A stretch of DNA of 64,000 bases, from contig NIVC01000561.1 in the NCBI GenBank assembly GCA_002269645.1, forward strand, positions 408,845 through 472,844. Direction: 5' to 3'. Source of the stretch: Macrostomum lignano (taxonomy: Eukaryota). The notes under the pieces are model-generated. The model did not search any database. It saw only the letters and a program-made list of their open reading frames with translations, and had not been told where the DNA came from. A program made the translations under genes and the position numbers. Shown here in pieces: positions 46,691-60,142 of the stretch (positions are counted from its first letter, which is position 1; every line of letters starts with the position of its first letter).

Positions 46691-49535
46691 TGATACCTTG
46701 TCTGCACGCAATGTTGAAGAGCTTCCTCACAACCTGAGGTGAAATTCAGGTGGTGAAATTTGCTTGAATTAAGGTTTGCTTGGTATCAAAGAACTTGAAT
46801 AAAAAACTCCGCGACTTTCATGTGTTACTGCTAATTATCATTGAAGTAGTCATTAATTTTCTTAGTTCTATAACACAGCGCAGATCAGCTGTTTCAACAG
46901 GGAAAAAAAGAAGTTCCAGGGTCCATTTCAGAGGCCTGGGGCAATTACTGTTATTACAATTATACCGCTAATTATTCTCTCTTGAAAGGAATCCGAAGCA
47001 GTAATGCACAAATATCCTCATCGTGAGATGGTGCTCAGCTCACCTTTTCTAAGCGCAAAGCTCAATCGGACAAAAGTAAACTTTAATTAGGAATCACGGA
47101 TCATTGGCTTATTATGTGAAATCTGAAACCTTGAAACCTTGCCCAGGCCAACTAGCATGATTTCTTTTCGCACAGGATGGAAGCCAAATAAGTAGCTTTA
47201 GCATCGCCATTAGCGGCTACATGTAATGTAATTCGAATTGCATAAGTACAGAAGGTGGCCTGTCCATATAGGGCTCAATATTCACTCATCCGAGCTAGAG
47301 GCTAGGAAAATTGCCACGGGGCAATGAGCCAGCGCCGCAGGGGGGGGGGGGCTCCGAGAAGTCAGTCACTTGGACCTTTAACAAAATTTCTTTACCCGCT
47401 AATAAGGCTAGCTAACTATAACTAATTATTAAGCTTTTAATAGTCGCGGCTCTTCACTGACCACGCGCAATAGGTGTGATTGACTGGGTGGGGGTTTGCC
47501 CAGCTCAGTGCGCACAGCGGCTCTATCTATTATCTTAGCGCGATTTTTATTGGGCTAACGGTCTGTCTCATTTTACAATGTACGTACGGGCTAATGAAAG
47601 CTTCTTTGGAGGCGCGGGGGCCATAAAATGCATCACGCATGACAGGCATGAAGATTATAAAATTATGAAGCGATAAAAAGTGCCAAAAGTTAGAAGCCAC
47701 ACCACTTCTACTGGACTGGACCTGTGGCAGTTATAAAAAGTACAATAATTACTGTAGTTTAGCGTCTGGGGGTCAGTTCGGCTCGAGAATTTCGACAAAG
47801 ATTTCATTTTATGCTAACCGAGTTTGTTAGATATGGAAACGTCATAGATACGTCAAAGACTCAAAACATGCCGATAAAACATAAAATGGAGCTTTTCTGA
47901 CTCCTTTTTGTGAATTTTAAAATGCTTTTGTAAATGCTCTTCTGATAAAGAATAGCTTTGTGTAGCTTAAAAGAATCGTTCTTGAAGTGTTTCTTTACAA
48001 TCAAATATATTGATAACTTTATAATACTTTTTTAATTTATTACTTTACGGGTCAAGTGTTCTTAGCAAATTTGGTTGAACTTGTTTACTTCGTAAAAAAA
48101 CGAATCAAACGAAGTTTTGTTTTACTGGCGCCATATTAACTAAAATTTCCGTGCAAAACTTAATTTCACCAGGCAAAAAACGTATATTTTTGTCGAATAA
48201 GGAAAATAGGGGGTCATTCGTTGTCGGTTGAAGAGAGGAAAAACAACGCGTGGGGCTATTTGGGAAAGGACACTGTGTACTTTTTTGTAGGCCGTAGTAC
48301 GAAGCTGCTGGAACGAGGCATTCTAGCTGGTTACTGGTACTGGTATTCAATTAGACGGAGGGACTGAAGAAGGTCGTTCTGTCTGTCTGGTGGCTACTAC
48401 GAGTGCAAGTAAGACCAGGCTTGGGCGAGAAAATCGATTTTGGTTAATTCATTTTCTCCGTTTAACGTTCCTGTTCCTTTTCTTGCGCTCTTACCCTTCA
48501 TCCGTTCCGTCCAATTCAGCACGCCCCCCCTCTAACCCCCAGTTTGCATAGACCCAGCTGGCCCCAGCCCCAGCGGCCAAGGCGCCCTCAGATAGACCGG
48601 ACGCTCACGCGCCACTGACCGGGAACGGCGATTTGCCCGCCTTGGGCTAGCGAAAGTGGGGTGGACGGTGGACGCTATCAACAGTATAACTTATGAGTGC
48701 AAATGCACTTTTTGAATTGCAACGATATTTATTTTTGCTATACACGCGAAGTCGTAGCGAGACAATAGTGTAAATTAATAATCAGATAACAATCACAGAA
48801 GCTCAAAACTAACCTCAAGTCAAACTTAATTAACAGACCTCAGCATTAACGGTCCTATTTGATCTTATTTACAAATAAATGCAGTGACAAAGAAAATTTA
48901 ATTATTATTGTCTGCCGTCTGCGGGGGGGCGGTAAACAAGTAAATCCGTTCCAGAAGTGTCCAGAATTTCTAACTGGTTCAATAAGAAAGTCATCAACTA
49001 TACGCGTGCTGGGGAATCCTATTCCATTACTTTTATTATACTAAGGTCGTCTAGCTTTCCTATTTTTAGACGGCTTTTCTCCACACGATCTTGGGAATGG
49101 CGGGAATTCTCGTTTTGATCAAGTAGATCCTAAATCTCTATTGAACAGTTTTTCATCAATACAGCAACCTTTGTGTTAAAAAATATATTCTTTTTGATAG
49201 CAAGAGTTTTGTCTCCCGATTATTTATTAAAATTAGTTCGTTTTTTCTATTATTTGTTTTGGTGCAAGACTACCATTTGGCCTTCAACACAACTGAATTT
49301 GGGTTGGCTGTGAAAGCAGCTTGGAGGAGGAGGTGGGCCCCCCATTCTAATAAAAAGCACAAAGCTTTGCACACGACAAGTTTGCTTGTCTCGCCACACC
49401 AAGCCAGCCTTAGCTTACTGAGCGTTTGACGCTGCTGCTTTGAGTAGGAGACCGTCCGCGATTGTAGTCTCGATAAATCAATTGCGCGAGTCTCCTCCCG
49501 ACTAGTAGCTAGTTCCTTCCTTTCTAGACGCAAAA

Positions 49536-50833
49536 ATGAGCAATTGGAATCGTAACGTCTTGCTAATGCAAAGCGCCATGGCGAGTCTATTTGCCGAGGA
49601 CGAGGACTCCGCGCCGATTTCCTGTAAGTCTCGATTTTGCTTGCTTTTGTTAAATTGCTTTGCAATGTACTGTACTGTAATAAATCGTAATATTAGTGAG
49701 TAAAGACTGGCTTTCAGTGGCACTGATAATATTTTTTTAAATCAAACTTAAAAAAAACAGTTGAAGTGCCCAAGCGCCAGCAGCAACAAAGCGAAGTGCA
49801 AGAGGAGTGTCTGCTGACTGACCAGCCGCCCGAATGGCGCCATATTGACGAATTCCGACGCTGCTACATGGTTGGCATGGAGATCGGCCGGGGCGGTTTT
49901 GGCCGAGTTTACAACACGACGAGACGCTGCGATGGCGCCGAATTTGTGGTGAAAGTGATGGAGAAGAGCAAGCTGACCTGGCACAAGTTGCCATGCGACA
50001 AACTCGTCCCAATAGAGATCGTCCTGCTGCACATGTGTCGCAACGTGCCCGGTATAGTTCAGCCGGTCGAATATTACGAAGGCGATCGCGAATGGCTAGT
50101 AGTGATGCAGCGAGTTCAAAAGTGCAAAGACCTATTCGACTATATTTCAACTAAGCGATACCTGGATGAAACCGAGGCCAAGGACCTGATGCGGCAGTTG
50201 CTGCACACTCTGACCGAATGCCACGAAGTTGGCGTGCTGCACCGTGACATCAAGGACGAGAATTTGCTCGTCAACCTGGCCGACGGCACTCTCCGCCTGA
50301 TCGACTTCGGCTCCGGCGCTCTGCTTCGAGAAGCTGACTACGTGGACTTCAATGGCACGAGGGTGTACAGCCCGCCCGAGTGGATCCGGCACCGGCGATA
50401 CAACGGCAAGCAGGCCGAGGTCTGGTCGCTGGGCATCCTGCTATTCGATATGGTCTGCGGCGATGTACCATTCGAACGGGACGACCAGATCTGCGACTGT
50501 ACGCCTTTGTTCAAGCGGAAGCTCAGCCCAGAGTGCCGGGACCTGATCAATGCCTGCCTGCAGGCCGATCCGGCCAAGCGGCCCAGCCTCCAGCAGATGC
50601 TGCATCATCCCTTCCTTCAGCGGGAGGAGGCTGCTGTCACTCAAGAGGTGGCGACTCAGACTCAGCCGATGCCACCGCCTCCACCGCCGTCTTCTTGCGC
50701 CTCACTCGAAGAGCTGGAGTCGATCGCGTCAACGTCTCGAATCGCCTCGGCGGCCTCGTCTTTCTCCGACTACCGCGGCTGCCAGAACCGGCTGTGCAAC
50801 AAAGACTCCGGCTATGGCGGTTGTCACGCATAA
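49536..50833 (+). CDS. PIM: PIM-family Ser/Thr kinase, ~386 aa, 2 exons
   Basis: Exons 49536-49623 (donor T|GTAAGT) and 49761-50833, phase 1. Motifs: IGRGGFGRVY, VPIEIVLL, DLFDYI, HRDIKDENLL, IDFGSG, DFNGTRVYSPPEWI, VWSLGILLFDMVCGDVPF. Confidence 0.93.
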
Positions 50834-53439
50834 GTTCCGCATAGCAACGCATTATTAGCTATTTTAATTAAATAACTTAAATACTACCCGTGCCATGCCT
50901 TGTTGAAGTCAGATAATCAACGAATTTTAACAAAATCTACTGAATAAATTACTTGAAAATCGTTTTTGTATAGCTTTGCATTAATCAGTAAAATCAAATT
51001 GGCGCCAATTAAAAGTTTCTCCAATTTAAACAAAAGCGATTTTCGAGGGATATTAATAATTTTTGCCAGATAGTTTACTAATACAAAATAATCCAATCTT
51101 TATCCTCCTGGCCCTCCCCTCCACTACTCAAGCAATATTTATTTACTTGTTAATTGAGAATAATTGTGTGACGAATTTAACAGTGCATTTCTGGTCGATT
51201 CATCATAAATTAATATTTTCAAGCTGTTATACAATAATAGTAGATTACTTATTATGCGCTCGATAGATAGGAAAATGTATTGGAAATTCTTGCCTGCTGA
51301 AACAGAAACTCGAAAACTATAACTGCCCATTTTGTTGTCACTGTAAATAATTTAGTTTGGAGATCTGCTTATTTCAGGTCGACATCTCATTTTTATACAT
51401 CAAGACTGCAAACCCAAGCTCTCCCAGTTTATCTTGCCTAACTTATAAATATTAATAATATTATGTTGTTTTAAAATATGGTTCCAATCAGTGTTCAACA
51501 ATAGCTAAACGTTTATAATATGGTCGCTTTGTGTGTTTATTATTGTGCTCAACTTACGTTTGTTTGGCTTCAAGTTTTTATTATTATTATCATTATTATT
51601 GTTATTTATTATTTGCTTGTTTCTATTGCTATAGCTTTTTTGGGCTATAGCAATATCTTCCGATATTAAATCAGTTAACCTCTGGGAGTCTGGGGTTGTA
51701 GTACTTCAGTGTTAGTAATTTACAAAAGTTTATCTTATTTGGTTTTAGTAGTTCAAGGTTTTGTTTTACTGTGTAAGGAAAGTTGTTGATTTGTTTTGGT
51801 GTTCAGAGTCTTCAGACGTGCTGTTTATTTTTTGTTGTTGTGAAAATAAACCGAGTCCAAAGAAAGTTTCTGTTAGTTACCTCACTATTGTCACAAACGG
51901 TGATGGTGGTTTGATTGTTTGTTGAGTTGATAAGAAAAAATTGTCAAGCGAAATAAGACTTCGATCTGTTTGTTTTTTATAAAAGCCCGAGCTTGATATT
52001 CAGACAGAATTTTAAAGTCAGACTTAAGGATTGCAACGGTCATTCATTCGCGTGGCTCTAAGTTTTTATCGATTTAACATTTACTGGGGATGGGGTTGTG
52101 AGTGTCTGGCGGGCCGGGTTGTAAACAGTAATAAGAAATCAGACGCCCAGCGTCAGCCAATGAGAATTCAGTGGCGGGGTAGAAGTGGTGACTGCAATTA
52201 AAATAAGTGAGGGAGGGCTTGCGGAGCGGCTGAACTGATTCAGACAACAGTGATTTTAGCTTAATTTAAGGGTGATTGTGTACTTATTTAGCTACAGAAC
52301 CCCTCAACCAGATGTTTAATCTCTGTTAAAACAAAAGTGGGAGTCGTTAAAAATAAAGCAGGTCACCATAAAATAGGAATCAAAAAACGAAATCACAGCT
52401 GATGGAAAGCGAACCCACGCAGACTGCCTCTTGGTCAGACAGACGCATAATAACGCGGAATAGTGCAACTGAAGCGGCATTTTTATTGGCTTCAGCCAAT
52501 ACGAAAAATAATTCAGAGATAAATTGGTTACCATAAGTCTGCATAATAAAGCCGGTTGTATAAATTATCGGGATAAAGTCATTTAAATCACACAGACCAG
52601 ACTGTGTACAAAATCTCAAGGGGACACTACTCACATTGCTGAGCTCAATTACGGCGGCAATATGGGATGAGAGAGAATAGGGTGCAGTGGTCGGTGCATG
52701 GTGGCTGGTGGGGTCGATGCAGTCGACCTTCTCGCGTTCCCAAATACTCAGTCAAGCCTCGGCCTCGCCCAATGATGTCCAGCATGAGTCGGGGAGAGTG
52801 AGCGGTTGGGTGGTTAGAACGGAAAAGAGAGAGAGCGAGACAGAGAAAGGAATGGTAAAGACGGACGAGACGAACTTTACGAGTTCAGAACTTTTCGCGA
52901 GCTCCCCTTGGCGGGACTCGGTAGCGAAGAATGACTGTTGGCGAATCCTTGCCGGAGCTGAAGAGTGAAGACTGATGCTCGACCTTCTCCGTCTCCCACT
53001 AATTCTTTTCCGGCGGCCTTAATACATGTACGTCTCCTTCGTAAATTCGGTCAATCACTAGCTTGTACCGGTATATAATATAACTGATTGAAATGGGAAG
53101 GCAGAAAGTGAAGAGAGCTTATCATCGACCTATGTGTACGCTCGTATAAGTAAGAGACAGTATATATAGTCTATAATAGGTCAGCATTCCGCAGGTCTTT
53201 CCATAATCCCTTGTCTTTGTTATTGAGGAGCGAAATATCAATGCTTCAATACGCTCACTTCAAAGTACTCGCAGCATTGCTTGTTCTTTCAGTGACTCGT
53301 AATGATTTCCGGCAGCTATTTATAACACCTAGCAAAAGTGGTAGTCAATAATTTATGACTTTGATCTTCTGTTCTCGGCTTCATACTTGCAATCTCTTAA
53401 TCTCTTTTCTAACTAAAAATTGCGTCTTCGAAATCACAC

Positions 53440-53740
53440 TACTCACTCTTCCCTACTCACCCTCCCCTTCTCACTCTCACATACTCACTCTCTCCATCTC
53501 ACTCTCCCTACTCACTCTCTCCATCTCACTATCCCCACTCACTCTCTCCATCTCACTCTCCCTACTCACTCTCCCTACTCACCCTACTCACTCTCTCCAT
53601 CTCATTCTCCCTACTCACCCTCCCCTTCTCACTCTCCCCTACTGTCTCCTCTACTCACTCTCCCTTTCTCAACTCACTCTCCGTACTCACTTTCCCATCT
53701 CATTCGACTCTCCACTTCTTACTCTGTCATGTTCACCCTC
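53440..53740. repeat. CT-rich degenerate repeat
   Basis: ACTCACTCTCCCT-type units. Confidence 0.85.
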
Positions 53741-54364
53741 CACTGCTCACGATCCCTCTGCTCAGGCAAATTACATAATATTATTATCCTGTATCCCGCA
53801 TAAAGTTTGACCGAATTTTCGTTGCTCAAAGCAGTCATAGACTGGTTCTAGGATGCTATATTTGTATCGAAATAGGGACTGCAGTTGTTGTGTGTACTTT
53901 TTTACTTGAAAAAAATTGTTTTTCGATATCCGCTCGAAACGCGACACTGACTGTGTGGCTACAGTATAGTATAGCCCCACTGATATGCGTGCACTTTTGC
54001 AGTGTATATATGGGTTAGCACGTCTCAGATGGAGTTGACTTCGCATGGCCTCGATTTGTCCCCACATTGATTTCCCAGCAGCGAAAATGCCATGCACTAC
54101 ATCGGAATCCACCCTCGGGCGCTGCAGGAATCGAAGATTTAATTGGACCGCTTATCTCGATTCCGCATCTCGAGTTCAGTACGGTTATTGCTAAACTGTA
54201 AATCTATACTCGACACTTGAAAAATACTGCATTGCACAGTTACATGTACTTGACTTCGTTGTGGAGCCTATTCATTCACTGAAATGGGCTAGCCATCCAT
54301 GGGGAGGGGGAGGGGTTCGTTTACCTCCCCAATTTAAATCGGAGGGGCATGATGATCTCTGACA

Positions 54365-55012
54365 AAATCTAACATGTGGCGCTAAAATCTAGCCTGTGGT
54401 ACTAAAATCTAGTCTGTGGCGCTAAAAGCTAACATGTGGCGCTAAAATCTAGCTTGCGGCGCTAAAATCTAGCCCGTGGCGCTAAACTCTAGCCTGTAGC
54501 GCTAAACTCTAGCCTGTCGCGCTAAAATCTAGCCTGTGGCGCTATAATTTAACATGTGGCACTAAAATGTAGCCTGTGGCGCTAAACTATAGCATGTGGC
54601 GCTAAAATCTAGCCTGTGGCGCTAAACTCTAGCATGTGGCGCTAAAATCTAGCCTGTGGCGCTAAACTCTAGCCTGTGGCGCTATAATTTAACATGTGGC
54701 ACTAAAATGTAGCCTGTGGCGCTAAACTCTAGCCTGTGGCGCTAAAATCTAGCTTGCGGCGCTAAAATCTAGCCTGTGGCGCTAAACTCTACCCTGTGGC
54801 GCTAAAATCTAGCCTGTGGCGCTAAACTCTAGCCTGTGGCGCTAAACTCTAGCCTGTGGCGCTAAACTCTAGCCTGTGGCGCTAAAATCTAGCCTGTGGC
54901 GCTATAATCTAGCCTGTGGCGCTAAAATCTAGTCTATGACGCTAAAATCTAGTCTATGACGCTAAAATCTAGTATATGACGCTAAAATCTAGTATATGAC
55001 GCTAAAATCTAA
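54365..55012. repeat. 20-bp minisatellite
   Basis: Unit GCTAAAATCTAGCCTGTGGC. Confidence 0.95.
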
Positions 55013-55574
55013 CATTCGGCGCTTTAAAGATGCCGCTCGCAATTATCTACAATTATCTAAAAGACCGAATCTAGGATTTCCCCCCCCCCCTGGGAGCGGA
55101 GGGTCAGCTGACCCCCTCGCAACCCCTGCCGGAAAATGTATAAAATTTATTCTACTTTTCTATTAAGATGGAAAATTCTCAGTCCAGATGGATACTGCAG
55201 CTGCTGTATAGCACGAGCACACTGCGTGCAATGTAAACTAAATGTACCTGTACTCAATAGACTCAAAATAGTTGAGCAGTTGGGCAGATGCACGGGAACG
55301 GAAATTTACACTCTTAAATTTGATATTTATGACCGCTATAAGGTGCGGGCCCCACCCCGCCAGAACAGCTGAGGCAAGCAAACAGGTGCAGCAAGCCATG
55401 AGGCGGTATGGCTGGCTTGCAGGGACAATAAAGAGCAACTATTAGAAGCAGAGAAAACCGCTCTGGGCTGCAGCCTCGCATACAACTGTATGCATTTGAG
55501 TATCGGTTCGTAAGCAGTAATAGAGAGGTCTATACGACAATTTAAACTCACTACTATAAATGACTGACGAACCT

Positions 55575-56325
55575 AAACCCTAACCTAAACTTTAAAAAAA
55601 TTAACCTAATAATCGTAATATAAACCCTAAAACCTCGAATCCTAGAGCCATAACCTAAAACTTAATCCTAACCTAGCGTAAACCTCAACCTAACCTAAAC
55701 CCTAGCCGTAACCCTAAACCTAACCTAAAGTAACCTAAACCAAGCCGTAACCCTAAACCTAACCTAAAGTAACCTAAACCCTAGCCGTAACCCTAAACCT
55801 AACCTAAAGTAACCTTAACCAAGCCGTAACCGTAACCCCTAGACTTAATCTAAAAGCATAACCCTAACCTAACCTAAACCAAGCCGTAACTGTAACCCCT
55901 ATAGACTTAATCTAAAAGCATAACCCTAACCTAACCTAAACCAAGCCGTAACCGTAACCCCTAGACTTAATCTAAAAGCATAATCCTAAGGCCTAACCTA
56001 ACCTAAACCAAGCAGTAACTGTAACCCCTAGACTTAATCTAAAAGCATAACCCTAACCTAACCTAAACCAAGCCGTAACCGTAACCCCTAGACTTAATCT
56101 AAAAGCATAATCCTAAGGCCTAACCTAACCTAAACCAAGCAGTAACTGTAACCCCTAGACTTAATCTAAACGCATAACCCTAACCTAACGTAAACCCTAG
56201 CCGTAAACCTAACCTAAAGTAACCAAGCCTAGCTCTAAACCTAACCTGTAAACCCAGCCGTAACCATAATCCCTAAACTTAATCTAAACCCTAAACCTAA
56301 ATACATAACAAAAACCTAAACCTAA
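55575..56325. repeat. Degenerate telomere-like (CCTAA/CCCTAA) array with higher-order ~55-60-bp units
   Basis: Frequent AACCCTAA and CCTAACCTAA, plus the recurring block CCAAGCCGTAACCGTAACCCCTAGACTTAATCTAAAAGCATAA. Confidence 0.8.
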
Positions 56326-56624
56326 ATCTTTGAGAGTTCACGTCAAGTACAAGAGACAGGAATTGATGCCGAAAATGTAGAAAAAATTCCATTAGAGCAA
56401 CTCTTTAAACCCTTATGCGGCACATAAATGCAAAAACTGTCTCAGCTGACTGAGTGCTTAACGGTAGAACTCCTCTGAGAATGTACTGAATTTTTACACT
56501 CAAACACCAGCACATGAAGGCCTTCTTCGATGCTCTGGCAGCTTTGCAGACGCAACAGAGAATGCAGCTACACCCGATATTGTTTTTGGCTGATGTGTAA
56601 ATAGTTTTCAATATCAATGAATGT

Positions 56625-57052
56625 TATTTGTCTGTCTTAGTGTCTATCTGCCTTAGTGTCTGTCTGTCTTAGTGTCTATCTGCCTTAATGTCTGTCTGTC
56701 TTAGTGTCTATCTGACTTAGTGTCCGTCTGTCTTATTGTCTATCTGCCTTAGTGTCTGTCTGTCTGCCTTAGTCTTGTCTGTTTGTCTGTCTGTCTTAGT
56801 GTCTATCTGCCTTCGTGTCTTTCTGCCTTAGTGTCTGTCTGTCTGCCTTAGTCTGTCTGTTTGTCTTAGTGTCTGTCTGTCTGTCTTAGTGTGTCTGTCT
56901 GTCTGTCTTAGTGTGTCTGTCTGTCTGTCTGTCTTAGTGTGTCTGTCTGTCTGTCTGTCTTAGTGTGTCTGTCTGTCTGTCTGTCTTAGTGTGTCTGTCT
57001 GTCGCTCTGCCTTAGTGTCTTGTCTGTCTGTCTGTCTGTCTGTCTTAGTGTG

Positions 57053-57086
<34 letters not shown>

Positions 57087-57095
57087 CTGTCTCTA
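56625..57095. repeat. (GTCT)n-derived microsatellite
   Basis: GTCT runs with TTAGT interruptions, the reverse complement of the 19295-19720 type. Confidence 0.9.
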
Positions 57096-57589
57096 TCTAT
57101 CTACATTTATCCTCTTTTCTTCCTCACAGTTCCATCTTAAAAAAACGAGTTTGCCTGCTTAAAGGAAAGATTCAGTCAGATTGGAGTATCCAGGATGCAC
57201 ATGGCGGTTGTTTTAAAGTTTTTTTTAAAAAACTTGAAATGTTGAAATTGAAAGTTGAAATTTTCGTTTTAATCACGATTATTATACTACTTATTGCCTA
57301 CTAAGACAAATACAAATGACAAATTTAGAGGCTAGAAAAGCAACAGACAGTTTATTAATAATAATGCCAATCAAGTGGTGAATGCTGGCTAATACTCGTA
57401 ATTATAACGGTATATTGTTAGAAAATGAATCAAATCAAGATACGAGGTAAACAATATCCTTATTAGTCACTATTAAAAACGCATTGATTAAACATATTGT
57501 TTAAACATTTGAATGGAACATGCAAAAAGATCTTCGATCAAACGAGAAAGGCTGAGTAATAAAAAGGAGATTAGAGTATTTTTACTACA

Positions 57590-57810
57590 CTCTGCTGATT
57601 GGCTGATAAGCTCGGCCTCACCCCAATCTCACTCCATTCAGACTTGCTTTCCCTCTCTCAGTTAGTTCTAGTGGGCTGATAAGCTCGCCACCAACCTCAC
57701 TCCGCTTAGACTCTCTTTCCCATGGCTCAGCTCTGATTGGTTGATAAACTCGCCACCAACCTCACTCCACTTAGACTCTCTTTCCCCTCTCTCAGCTCTG
57801 ATTGGCTATA
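57590..57810. repeat. Degenerate CTGATTGG-bearing repeat downstream of LACTB
   Basis: About 3-4 units of CTGATTGG(C/T)TGATAA.CTCG..ACC..CTCACTCC. Confidence 0.7.
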
Positions 57811-57928
57811 TTTCTATATTAGTTATATTTCTAAATAGGACAGGACTTTTCAAAATGAAAATGCAGTTTTAAACTACGCGACATTATTAAAATAGCGCAC
57901 GAGTGACGTATCACAAAGCCAAGCTCGG

Positions 57929-60142
57929 TTAAAATCTCGCACAAGCCGATACCTCCGTAGACGGTTCGGCACACGCGGCAGTCTCCTGAACATAGTCAAA
58001 AACAGCGTCCAGGATTGACACTGCCAAGCCCGTAAGACTCACGCGCTGCAGATTGCAGATCACGGCAATCACGGCGCCGATACGCGGTACCATCAGCAGG
58101 ATGCTAGTACCGCCAATGCTTGCCCCGGTGTGCAGTACAATCTGCTCGCCTCTGTAGTTGGCTGTGCCGAATCCTAGGCAGTAGGGACCCGTGAATGCGA
58201 CGCCCCAGTTTACTTTTGTGCCTGGCACCGCGCTCCACAACATTTTAATTGTGTTCGGCTTTAGAATGCCTAAGAAATAGAAGAGATATAAAATAGCATC
58301 CTGATAAGCGGATATAACCACATGCACACCACTACTTGCTAGTCAAGACTCCTAAATGGTCAGAATAAAAACACCCACCCACCCACTCTTCGCTAGTCAA
58401 GAACCATGATTGGTCAGAATAATAACACCCACCCACCCCACTCTTCGCTAGTCAAGAATCATGATTGGTCAGAATAATAACACCCACCCACCCCACTCTT
58501 CGCTAGTCAAGAATCATGATTGGTCAGAATAATAACACCCACCCACCCCACTCTTCGCTAGTCAAGAATCATGATTGGTCAGAATAATAACACCCACCCA
58601 CCCCACTCTTCGCTAGTCAAGAATCATGATTGGTCAGAATAATCACGCCAGTATTAGCTCTTTGCAGTCTAATCTTAACTATAATTCCACCTCACCGTTA
58701 CAGTCCTCGCCATTGGCGCAGCGCATCATTAATTCACCGAAAGCCACCAGATCCTCAGCGCAGGACAGCACGCCACCACCAGAGTACTTATAGCTATTGT
58801 CAATATAGGCCGCATTATTTAGTGTACTGGGAGAGTTTTTACTCCGCTGATATTGCCGAGCTCTATTGCGTATAATAGGCGCGTGCTGCTCCGGCACAGT
58901 GCCAGAGGAGAGGCCCATTTGAACAAACAGCTTCTTGAGCAGACTATCAATCGGCTGGTCTCCGCTAAGCCGTTCCAAAACTGCTCCTAAAAGCGTGTAA
59001 CCGTGCGTGCTGTACAGAAACTGGCTTCCCGGCGGCTCAGAGGCGATTGCTTCCTTATCGTTGCACAGCAACTCCTTAGTGGCTTCAGTTGCACTAGCAT
59101 AGTACTTAGTTATGTAGTACTCGGGATTCTCCAGTTCGTCAGAATCCGTGCGGTGATAAGAACGAACTCCGGCCGTGTGACTGAGGAGCTGGCGCACTGT
59201 CATGCGGCTGAATTTCTGCAAGTTCACCCAGAATTATTGCTTGATTGAGAGCGAATTACTGCGTTGTCATTCCTGAACCTTACTAGAGCTCTCTGATTGG
59301 CTGATAAACAGCACACACTTCGCTATCATTCTGAACTCTAGCTAGAGATCTGATTGGCTAATAAACAACACCCACCCTCCGCTATCATTCTGAACTCTAG
59401 CTAGAGATCTGATTGGCTAATAAACAATACCCACCCTCCGCTATCATTCTGAACTCTAGCTAGAGATCTGATTGGCTAATAAACAACACCCACCCTCCGC
59501 TATCATTCTGAACTCTAGCTAGAGATCTGATTGGCTAATAAACAATACCCACCCTCCGCTATCATTCTGAACTCTAGCTAGAGATCTGATTGGCTAATAA
59601 ACAACACCCACCCTCCGCTATCATTCTGAACTCTAGCTAGAGATCTGATTAGCTAATAAACAGCACCCACCATCCGCTATCATTCTGAACCCCAACTAGA
59701 GATCTGATTGGCTGCTAACCTTCATCTCCGGCTTCGTCAGGTACTCGCCAACGGGTTTGTCAAAATCCATCTGCCCAGCCTCCATCATCTGAGCGGCCAG
59801 CACAGCGGTGAAGCACTTACTAATGCTGGCCACTCGCAGAACGCTGCGCTCATTACACGGTATCAGGTTCTCAACGTCAGCAAAACCGACGCCACCACTC
59901 ATGAGTCTCCGACCTCCAAGCGACACGCACAGCGACATGCCGGGAGCTGCGGCCTCTTCGCGACGTATTGTCAGCGAGGTGAGACACCGGCGACGAAGCG
60001 CAGTGAGCGCCTCCGAGTTGTCGGCCCGCTCTGACCTTGGCAACAGCTTCATCTGAGGTGACTTCGGATCCGAAGGCGACGAGAGGTACACCCCAGAGGC
60101 TGCCGCTGTGGCAACGGCGGCGGCAGACGGAAGCCAACGCAT
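57929..60142 (-). CDS. LACTB: Serine beta-lactamase-like protein LACTB (mitochondrial), 427 aa, 3 exons
   Basis: Exons 60142-59720, 59215-58696, 58269-57929 total 1284 nt in frame. SxxK = SISK, LLSHTAGVR, LACTB-type YST, HTG, Ala-rich N-terminal targeting-like segment. Confidence 0.93.
58335..58645. repeat. 55-bp intronic minisatellite (LACTB intron 2)
   Basis: Unit GATTGGTCAGAATAATAACACCCACCCACCCCACTCTTCGCTAGTCAAGAATCAT. Confidence 0.95.
59285..59715. repeat. 59-bp intronic minisatellite (LACTB intron 1)
   Basis: Unit GATTGGCTAATAAACAACACCCACCCTCCGCTATCATTCTGAACTCTAGCTAGAGATCT. Confidence 0.95.

Noticed and set aside
44760-48700. Short AT-rich ORFs and GC patches as genes or TE remnants
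   Set aside because: No motifs, TIR pairs or TSDs that I could verify.
52640-54130. Short - strand ORFs (53771-54112 and ~52640-53010) as a small gene
   Set aside because: No recognisable motif and no confident splice chain; left uncalled.
54280-55130. TIR element enclosing the 20-bp array
   Set aside because: The right end resembles a TIR (GGGTCAGCTGACCCCCTCGCAACCCCTG), but I found no matching left TIR or TSD.
57929-60142. Horizontally acquired bacterial beta-lactamase
   Set aside because: It has spliceosomal introns and the YST/HTG motifs and targeting peptide of ordinary animal LACTB.
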